The notes beneath the pieces were generated by a model, which searched no databases, was not told where the DNA came from, and worked only from the letters and a program-made list of their open reading frames with translations. Positions 48,969 through 56,240 of a stretch of 64,000 nt of DNA are shown here, in pieces. Position numbers and translations under genes: made by a program. The stretch comes from an uncultured Bacteroidales bacterium (GTDB lineage: Bacteria > Bacteroidota > Bacteroidia > Bacteroidales > JAGOPY01), in NCBI GenBank assembly GCA_963787195.1, contig CAWBCI010000073.1, forward strand, positions 18,582 through 82,581, read 5' to 3'. Each line of letters begins with the position of its first letter. The first letter of the stretch is position 1.

Positions 48969-49011
48969 TTAAATGGGGATGTGTTTTATAATGAAGAAGA
49001 ATGTGTTTTAT

Positions 49012-49429
49012 ATAAAAGAAAGATGCCAGCACCTGTAAGATGCTGGCATTAGCCGGTTTTGCTGTGAAAGGGGGCAATGACAATTGTGAAAGAATTCAGC
49101 ATCAGTACGATGCTGATACCGGCTGATTAACATTAACGAAAGGGCCGTTGACCGAATCGGCAATGACATCCGTACGATGCTGATGCCTGACGGTATTCGG
49201 CTGAGGAAAGGGCGTACTACCTACCGGCACATTATTACGGATGGTGAAAATTGCGCCGCTTAGGATAAAAGCACCAGATGTGTGCCTTCTTTTGCCCCTG
49301 TTCCATGATGAATAATGGCAATGACTTTTACATTTTTAAATCCTTGCCAATAAATTTTCAAAGAACACATTAGAAATCAAAAAACTAGTTTGAGCAATTG
49401 AATTTTTTTTCATCTGCTTTGAAAGCAGG
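49012..49429 (-). ncRNA. Candidate structured ncRNA or micropeptide locus, unit B (about 420 nt)
   Basis: It runs from module U11 to the terminator GATGCCAGCA-loop-TGCTGGCAT with a U-rich tail (49014-49049). The first ORF is only 25 codons. The hairpin at 49220-49264 has the same loop core as unit A. Confidence 0.4.
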
Positions 49430-49435
49430 AAAAGA

Positions 49436-49505
49436 CAAAGTTCGCGCTCCAGGTCAAAGAATTTATTACATAATTTCAGAAAAGATTTACATAATTCACA
49501 CATTT
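49436..49505 (-). promoter_or_regulatory. 70-bp tripartite promoter module U11
   Basis: caaagttc is at 49436-49443, TTACATAATT at 49466-49475 and TTACATAATTCACACATTT at 49487-49505. Confidence 0.6.
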
Positions 49506-49543
49506 ATGAAATTGTATTTATAAGGATTTTGATGTCTTTAAAA

Positions 49544-51379
49544 TTATTGATAATGGATCGGGGCAGGCTTTCCGATAATATAATCCCCTATTATGAAATC
49601 GTTGGTCCTGAAGGAGTTTACTTTAAAAACATTCTCTCCTTTACCGGGTATTACGGGGTAAAAGGCAAGAGAAAGCTGAAATGTACTGAAGACCAGGTAG
49701 TCGTTTTTGATCAGGATTCCAACACCTATTTTTGCGTATACTTTGCTGTTTTTAAATCCTGTTTCCCTATCACTCAGCATACCAATCGAACAGCTTATAA
49801 ATGGACCGAAACGAAAGCCGATAAAATTCCAGGGGGCATAGGCTTGCGATTGCATCGTAAATATCATGCGGCTGTTACCTGATAAAGAAGGGCTGTTAAA
49901 TCCATCCAGACCATAACCATCATTGAGTGTAAGGCTATCGTAAGAAAGCCTGTTTATGCCTAAGATTAGCTGGGGTTTGACAAATTCCCTGAATTTCCAT
50001 TTTCCAATTTCCAGCAATCCCGTAAAATATATAATGTTTGCAGAAAATATTCCCTGCCTGGAATGTGATTGCCGGAAATAGGTCCCATACTCGAAATTGG
50101 AACTGAGATAACCCCAGGAATAATAATTGCCGAAAGCAACCCGGGCGCCTAAGTACAAACTTCCGGTATTATTTCTTTCCTGGTAACCGCCTGTCAGACT
50201 GAATACCTTCCCGATGGGGATATCTTCAATCAGACCAAAATTGAATATAAATTTATCCTGAACATATTTTCTTTGCGAGATCCCAATGCTTCCCAGGTAT
50301 AGATTTTCATTGGAATATAAGCTTGCTGTATCATACATCTCAACTGGCTTGTCCGTAAAACGGATTCTTATAAAACGGACGGCGGAAATAAAATTAGTTG
50401 TGCGCATATTTACCGTATTGCCTTTAAATAATTGAAAGGCATTACCCGCCCAATAATCCTGCACACTAAATTTATATTTCTGCATCAAATAAAGCGAATC
50501 GTTAATGTGGAGGGTATCCCTGCGGTATTCCTGTTTGATAAGTGCACCCGCCCCCCACTTCGCAAGTGGAGAAAAGAAAGGACGGTCAACGGATATACTT
50601 TCAGTAAAATTTCTGTGCTCATCAGTGCTATAATTCAGGGTACTGTTAATATAGGTGTCACGGATGTTAGGAATGAAATAATTGGTCGAGAAAGCATCTT
50701 CTCCGGTGGTATGTTGCCAGCTGTATATATTTCTGAATTCATGCCCAAGGCCTAAAAAATTCCCGTCAAGAATATTAAAAGCGATGCGTGAACCTGAAAC
50801 CACGACTTTTGGAATAATGCTCCAGGTATCTAATTCGCGTATGAAAATATCCACCGAGTCTGAATTTTTTGAAGTGGCAAGAATAAAAAATGAAACATCA
50901 CGAACATATGGCTGGCTGCGGACCAATCGTTCAGATTCTTTCACAAGCAATGAATCGAAGACCTGGTTTTGCCGTATGAGTAGCAAGTTCCGTATAGTTG
51001 AATGCTGTGACTTAATGTGCATTTTATTTCCGCCCCTCATTATGAAGTTTTGAGAGGATACTATGGTGTCGGCAATTGAATTGCCAAAAGGATCAAGGGT
51101 TACGATATTTATATGCCTGATAATCTTTCCTTCAAAAGCGCTATATGGCTTTCTTATCAGTTTTTTATAAGCTTTCTTTTTTTTGGAAGCGGATGCAGTT
51201 GGTTTGAAAACCATGCGGTACATGAACTGGGTAAACTTGCTTCGCCCCGAATAGGCTTCCAGATTCTCATAAAATTTCTCCGGATCTGCTTTCGTGGTAT
51301 CTTTTTGCGCAAACGCAAAATCACTTGCCAAAATTGAAAAAAAGAAAAATATGAGAATGGTTTTAAACCACATATGCAT
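49544..51379 (-). CDS. Omp85/BamA-TamA-like outer-membrane beta-barrel protein
   Basis: It has a signal peptide and a POTRA-like segment (GKIIRHINIVTLDPFG...RNLLLIRQNQVFD). The long Tyr/Gly/Asn-rich beta-barrel region ends in an aromatic residue. Confidence 0.5.
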   Translation of the reverse strand: MHMWFKTILIFFFFSILASDFAFAQKDTTKADPEKFYENLEAYSGRSKFTQFMYRMVFKPTASASKKKKAYKKLIRKPYSAFEGKIIRHINIVTLDPFGNSIADTIVSSQNFIMRGGNKMHIKSQHSTIRNLLLIRQNQVFDSLLVKESERLVRSQPYVRDVSFFILATSKNSDSVDIFIRELDTWSIIPKVVVSGSRIAFNILDGNFLGLGHEFRNIYSWQHTTGEDAFSTNYFIPNIRDTYINSTLNYSTDEHRNFTESISVDRPFFSPLAKWGAGALIKQEYRRDTLHINDSLYLMQKYKFSVQDYWAGNAFQLFKGNTVNMRTTNFISAVRFIRIRFTDKPVEMYDTASLYSNENLYLGSIGISQRKYVQDKFIFNFGLIEDIPIGKVFSLTGGYQERNNTGSLYLGARVAFGNYYSWGYLSSNFEYGTYFRQSHSRQGIFSANIIYFTGLLEIGKWKFREFVKPQLILGINRLSYDSLTLNDGYGLDGFNSPSLSGNSRMIFTMQSQAYAPWNFIGFRFGPFISCSIGMLSDRETGFKNSKVYAKIGVGILIKNDYLVFSTFQLSLAFYPVIPGKGENVFKVNSFRTNDFIIGDYIIGKPAPIHYQ

Positions 51380-51454
51380 CTGACATTAGCAGGAAAGCTT
51401 CTGATTTTTTCTATTATTAATATAGGCCATATACTTATCAAACCTCGTCGCTTT

Positions 51455-52195
51455 TTATTTATTTTCTTCCTCTTTCTTCAGGTCATCGGCTTTCTCCTGC
51501 TCTTTTTCTCTGAGCTTTTCGGCTGCTTTGGCCTTCTTTTTGAAATATCCCCTTAATAGAAAATTATGTTTGGCAGCATTCATATTTTCATCCAGTCCTC
51601 TGCTGCTCTTTTTGAGATTTATAATAGTTTGATTAATATTTTCTGCAATGGTCGTGTCCTGAATTAATCTTCCAAGGGTACCTTCCCCGCTGTTTATTTT
51701 AATCATGATCTCGGCAAGCTGATCCGAAATTATCTCGGCATTTCCGGCTGTAACCTGCAGACTGGCCATTATGGCATCTGTTTCGACCGGCTCGGTGGAG
51801 GCAAGTTCCTGTCCCTCACTGGCCAATGGAGCCTCGGAACTTCCATGTCCTATAGTTATAAGACGGTCGCCTATCAGGCCTTCCGAGCCAATTGAAACTT
51901 CACAGTCTGATTTGATAAACTTTTGAACGTCCCTTTTTATCAACATATCAACCTTTACAGTTGAGTCATTGATTATCTTGATATTATCAACGGTTCCCAC
52001 GTTGATGCCGGTGAAGCGTACATTGTTTCCAACCTGCAATCCGCTTATATTGTAAAAATTGGTCGTAAGTTTAAATACAGGGTTAAATAAATTCTGCTGT
52101 TTTCCGATTATAAAAATGGCGAATACAAAGAGCGCCAGGCCCCCTATAATAAACAGGCCTAATCGTATTTTGAATTTTTGTGTGTGCTTATCCAT
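51455..52195 (-). CDS. mlaD: MlaD/MCE-domain protein
   Basis: It has an N-terminal TM helix. The MCE domain is GLQVGNNVRFTGINVGTVDNI. Confidence 0.8.
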   Translation of the reverse strand: MDKHTQKFKIRLGLFIIGGLALFVFAIFIIGKQQNLFNPVFKLTTNFYNISGLQVGNNVRFTGINVGTVDNIKIINDSTVKVDMLIKRDVQKFIKSDCEVSIGSEGLIGDRLITIGHGSSEAPLASEGQELASTEPVETDAIMASLQVTAGNAEIISDQLAEIMIKINSGEGTLGRLIQDTTIAENINQTIINLKKSSRGLDENMNAAKHNFLLRGYFKKKAKAAEKLREKEQEKADDLKKEEENK

Positions 52196-52231
52196 GGCTG
52201 ATTTTTATTTTAAATTTTGAAATTCAGGTTC

Positions 52232-53014
52232 TCAGTTGAAGAAGGCCTTGATCAGAGTGTCTTCTGACTTTTCAAATAATTCAAGTTTTCCTTCCTGGTA
52301 AACTTCCCCGTTGTGCAGCATGATAACGCGGTTTGCATTGGTGCGCGCGCAGGCAATATCATGCGTGATTATTATGGAAGAAGTCTTGTACTTTATCTGG
52401 ATTTCATTAATAAGGGAACTTATTTCATCCGATGTCACCGGGTCAAGCCCGGTTGTGGGTTCATCATAAAGCATGATCAGGGGATCCACGATTATAGTTC
52501 GGGCCAGACTGATTCTTTTTCGCATACCCCCGGATAGTTGCGAGGGCATTTTATCCAATGCTTCGGTCAAACCAACATTTTCCAGGACTTCAATCACTTT
52601 CTCTTTAATATCTTTTTCACTCATTTTCTTTTTTATCCTTCTCAAAGGAAATTCCAGGTTTTGCTTTACGGTCATCGAATCGTACAAAGCCCCGCTTTGA
52701 AACAGAAAACCTATCTTCTTTCTCAGATCATTCAGTTCATTCCGGTTAAGCTCATTAACATTTTTATCGAAGACGTTTATCGTGCCCCCGTCGGAATATA
52801 ATAAACCAACTATACACTTGATCAGAACGGATTTACCACTGCCCGATTTACCCAGCACCACAAGATTTTCGCCCTTATTAAGATTTAAAGAAATATCCTT
52901 TAATACCTCCTGGCTGCCGAATGATTTTTTAAGATTATTTATTTCGATAACCGTTTCAGGCTTCATTTTTTTTGAAGATGAAGATTTGAGTGATATGTTT
53001 TGTTGTTCTTTCAT
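52232..53014 (-). CDS. mlaF: ABC transporter ATP-binding protein, MlaF-like
   Basis: Walker A is GKSGSGKS, the signature motif is LSGGMRKR and Walker B is LMLYDEPTTGLD. Confidence 0.85.
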   Translation of the reverse strand: MKEQQNISLKSSSSKKMKPETVIEINNLKKSFGSQEVLKDISLNLNKGENLVVLGKSGSGKSVLIKCIVGLLYSDGGTINVFDKNVNELNRNELNDLRKKIGFLFQSGALYDSMTVKQNLEFPLRRIKKKMSEKDIKEKVIEVLENVGLTEALDKMPSQLSGGMRKRISLARTIIVDPLIMLYDEPTTGLDPVTSDEISSLINEIQIKYKTSSIIITHDIACARTNANRVIMLHNGEVYQEGKLELFEKSEDTLIKAFFN

Positions 53015-53853
53015 GAAATCATCATATCAGTAATTTGTACTGCTAACATATCAACTATGATTACAAGCAGGGATGCAAGCACTACTGCTGAATTTGCGGC
53101 TATCCCCACACTTTCGGTCCCACGTCCTGCATTGTATCCTTTATAGGATCCTACCAATCCGATCACTGCACCGAAAAAGAAGGATTTTATAAAGGCAGGT
53201 ATAAAATCGATGAACTCAACATGACTGAATGCCTGTGCGAAAAATAAGACAAAAGACACATCCCCCTTGATATTTGCACCGACCCAGCTCCCGAATATTC
53301 CGAAGGCATCGGCATATAATATTAATAAGGGAATCATAAGTGTAGCTGCTGCCACCCTGGTGACTACCAAAAAGCGCATGGGGTTGATGGATGATACCTC
53401 CATCGCATCAATTTGTTCGGTTACTCTCATCGAGCCTAATTCTGCCCCCATACCCGAGCCGATTTTCCCCGCGCAAATCAATGCCGTTATTACCGGTCCC
53501 ATCTCCCTGATGAGTGAAATGGCCACCATACCGGGCAACATGCCAACTGCGCCGAAATCAACGAGTGTAGGCCTTGTCTGGATAGTAAGCACCAGGCCCA
53601 TGATGGTTCCGGTAATCGAAATAAGTGGCAGGCTTTTATAACCTATCTGAAAACACTGGCGAAAGAATTCCCTGAATTCAAAATGGCGGGAAAATGTTTC
53701 CCTGATAATCTGTAAAATGAAAATAAATACATCTGCAAAATCGGTTATGAAGTTGCCCGCCATTATAGTCTTTGCCTTTGCTTTATACCTGAACTTCAAA
53801 GATTGAGTCCGGGTAAAATTTTTGGCCTTTATCAAGGGTCTGAATTCTTTCAT
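53011..53853 (-). CDS. mlaE: ABC transporter permease, MlaE-like
   Basis: MGPVITALICAGKIGSGMGAELGSMRVTEQIDAME is characteristic of MlaE. The start codon is uncertain; an internal Met (MAGNF) is possible. Confidence 0.8.
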   Translation of the reverse strand: MKEFRPLIKAKNFTRTQSLKFRYKAKAKTIMAGNFITDFADVFIFILQIIRETFSRHFEFREFFRQCFQIGYKSLPLISITGTIMGLVLTIQTRPTLVDFGAVGMLPGMVAISLIREMGPVITALICAGKIGSGMGAELGSMRVTEQIDAMEVSSINPMRFLVVTRVAAATLMIPLLILYADAFGIFGSWVGANIKGDVSFVLFFAQAFSHVEFIDFIPAFIKSFFFGAVIGLVGSYKGYNAGRGTESVGIAANSAVVLASLLVIIVDMLAVQITDMMIS

Positions 53854-53940
53854 TTCGCTTTAACCAGCTTAATTCCGATAATATTATTCTCTTATAATGT
53901 GGAAATTTTTGAAGTATGCCTGAATGAGATTTTCACATTA

Positions 53941-54010
53941 CAAAGATGCATAGCAATTGCGCCGAAAGCATTACACAATTCCGGAAAAGAGTTACATCAT
54001 TCACACATTA
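53941..54010 (-). promoter_or_regulatory. 70-bp tripartite promoter module U12
   Basis: caaagatg is at 53941-53948, TTACACAATT at 53971-53980 and TTACATCATTCACACATTA at 53992-54010. Confidence 0.65.
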
Positions 54011-54037
54011 AAAAGAAAAGCTGCCCATTAGGACAGC
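54010..54037 (-). terminator. Terminator hairpin after the ice-binding-like gene
   Basis: On the - strand the sequence is GCTGTCC-TAAT-GGGCAGC followed by TTTTCTTTTT. Confidence 0.5.
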
Positions 54038-54105
54038 CTCTCCTGATCAAATTCCTGATAAGTCAATAGGGGTAAAGAACACTTCCCAGGAGATATTCTT
54101 AAAGA

Positions 54106-55281
54106 TTATTTCCAGGCCAAATGCCTGTAACGGACAAACAATGCTACAGCAATCAGGACGCCGGCAAAGAGAAGGGCCCAGGTGGAAAGGGGAATACTTG
54201 GAGGGAGAAGCGCTTTACTGGTTATGACTTCATAGGCGCTTGCTGTAATATCGTCTACCTGAGCGGTGGCGATATTTACCACAAAACCATTATCCAGGTC
54301 TGCCTGTGTAATTGCATAGGATATCAGATGTGTATCGCTTTGTCCGGCATCAAGGCTAATGTTCCAGGCGTCGGCCGTGAGGTCATCTGTAACAGTTATA
54401 TTTGTCAATGTACTGCTACCGTTATTTACAACCACTATGCTGTAATCGATTATATCGTCAAGGAATTCAAAAGTTTGCGGGCTGGCCGTTTTGCTAATGC
54501 TGAGTTCACCTTGTACAGGCTGTGACTCGGCCGGCTGGTTCATTGAGCTCAAACCAGCAAGTGTTACTGCTCCGTTACTGGCAAGTAACCTTCCTTCAAC
54601 AGTGGAACCTGAATTCATCGTAATTGATGTTAAGGCCATAATATTGCCTTTAAAATCGGTATAATCTCCAATTGTAGCTGAAGTGCCGACCTGCCAGTAG
54701 ACATTATTAGCCACGGCGCCATTGCTAAGGATAACATTTCCACCTGAAGGAGATGGATTCGGGCTTCCGCCTATAGTGGTAAAGTCAGATGCAATCTGAA
54801 AGATCCAGATAGCATTCGCATCTCCAAGAGCATCAAGCGTCAGATTGCCTGATTGTATTAAAAGTGTGGAAGTTGATTTATAAATGCCCGGGTAAAGTGT
54901 TATACCGCCCTGATCACCCGCTATTGTGGCGGGTGCCGGGTTAGATGCAGTTGCTGCATAAAGATAGGCATCGGTCAGGTCCTGTTTGGCCTGGAGAAGC
55001 ATGACAGGAACTCCCGGAGGGGTAATATCATCGGCAGCATATATGGCTCCATTTACCACGCTGGAAGGAGGAAACCCTGTTATCTGGGAACGAAATCCAG
55101 GACTTAATCCGACATCCATATCGTTAATAACACTCGGGGATCCGGCGCTTGTGATAGCGGTACCGGCAAGTATTCCGAAGTTGGCAGCCGACTTCAGGTT
55201 TGGCGCAATCTGTCCGAAATTTAATGCGGGTATTAACAAAAAGACAATAATTGTTAATGTCTTAAGATACTTTGGTTTCAT
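54106..55281 (-). CDS. Ice-binding-like (DUF3494) protein with DUF11-like repeat and IPTL-CTERM-like anchor
   Basis: It has a signal peptide. FGILAGTAITSAGSPSVINDMDVGLSPG..ITGFPPSSVVNGAIYAADD..AKQDLTDAY matches DUF3494. SISKTASPQ...VVVNNGSSTLTNITVTDDL is DUF11-like. The C-terminus is IPLSTWALLFAGVLIAVALFVRYRHLAWK. Confidence 0.6.
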   Translation of the reverse strand: MKPKYLKTLTIIVFLLIPALNFGQIAPNLKSAANFGILAGTAITSAGSPSVINDMDVGLSPGFRSQITGFPPSSVVNGAIYAADDITPPGVPVMLLQAKQDLTDAYLYAATASNPAPATIAGDQGGITLYPGIYKSTSTLLIQSGNLTLDALGDANAIWIFQIASDFTTIGGSPNPSPSGGNVILSNGAVANNVYWQVGTSATIGDYTDFKGNIMALTSITMNSGSTVEGRLLASNGAVTLAGLSSMNQPAESQPVQGELSISKTASPQTFEFLDDIIDYSIVVVNNGSSTLTNITVTDDLTADAWNISLDAGQSDTHLISYAITQADLDNGFVVNIATAQVDDITASAYEVITSKALLPPSIPLSTWALLFAGVLIAVALFVRYRHLAWK

Positions 55282-55320
55282 AGGCTTTATGATTAAAATA
55301 GATTTTTCACATCTTAATCA

Positions 55321-55389
55321 CAAAGTTCGGATCTTAATTATGCAATGTGTTATATAATTACGGGAATCTTTTACATAATTCACACATTT
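55321..55389 (-). promoter_or_regulatory. 70-bp tripartite promoter module U13
   Basis: caaagttc is at 55321-55328, TTATATAATT at 55350-55359 and TTACATAATTCACACATTT at 55371-55389. Box 2 overlaps the stop codon of the AraC-family gene. Confidence 0.65.
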
Positions 55390-55940
55390 TCAAGTGTGTT
55401 CCTTTTCTTGTTTTTAAGCTTTTTGTAAAAGGTGGGGGTTAAGCCCGTGACTTTTTTAAACTGGTTAGACAGATGGGCTACACTGCTGTAATTCAGCATA
55501 TAGGATATTTCGGTAAGATTCAGCTCATCGTATAAAAGCAATTCTTTTACACGTTCAATTTTGTGGGCAATAATATATCTCTCAATGGTGATTCCTGTTA
55601 CTTCTGAAAAAAGATTGGACAGGTAAGTATAGTCATGATTGAGCTTTTCGCTGAGATAATTCGAAAAATTTGTTATTGGAAGATCTTCCGAATAGTGGAT
55701 CATCTCAATGATGATATTTTTAATTTTTTCTATCAGGATGGCTTTTTTGTCATCCATTAATTCAAGCCCTGATTTTAGTAATGAAACTTTTAATTGGCTG
55801 CGTTGCTCTGGTGTAATGGTTTCCTTAATATCAACCTGTCCCAGATCCACTACCCCGTAATGCAGGCCAAGTTTATCCAATTCCGACTTCACTACCATTT
55901 TGCAGCGAATACTAACCATGTATTTAATGTAAATTTTCAA
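55380..55940 (-). CDS. AraC/XylS-family transcriptional regulator with small N-terminal alpha/beta domain
   Basis: The C-terminal HTH_18 region is LSNLFSEVTGITIERYIIAHKIERVKELL...YSSVAHLSNQFKKVTGLTP. Confidence 0.8.
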   Translation of the reverse strand: MKIYIKYMVSIRCKMVVKSELDKLGLHYGVVDLGQVDIKETITPEQRSQLKVSLLKSGLELMDDKKAILIEKIKNIIIEMIHYSEDLPITNFSNYLSEKLNHDYTYLSNLFSEVTGITIERYIIAHKIERVKELLLYDELNLTEISYMLNYSSVAHLSNQFKKVTGLTPTFYKKLKNKKRNTLENV

Positions 55941-56091
55941 GGGAACCGCAGCTTTTGGCTTTTGAATTTAACTGAGCAGTAAAATCCTTTTGGCATACTA
56001 AAAATTAATCTATAAAAGTAATAAAAATATTTGATTATCAACTTTATTACTAATAAATGTTTCAACGACAGCGCCATAATCACTTGGATAT

Positions 56092-56140
56092 GACTGCCGA
56101 CTGCCGTCGTGTTGACTGCTGACTGCTGACTGCTGACTTA
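56092..56140. repeat. Heptamer tandem repeat GACTGC(C/T)
   Basis: The sequence is GACTGCC x2, GTCGTGTT, GACTGCT x3, then GACTTA. It is intergenic. Confidence 0.8.
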
Positions 56141-56240
56141 TTTATCCCTTGTCTAAATAGAACTCTCCCAAAAACATAAGTACAATTTATTTTTCAGAAT
56201 AATGTAATTTTATCCTGGATTAATATTTAAAGCATACAAT

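Noticed and set aside
48883-49083. A 66-aa - strand ORF in the 48.4-49.5 kb gap.
   Set aside because: It reads through the unit B terminator hairpin and the whole U10 promoter module, so it is a by-product of regulatory sequence.
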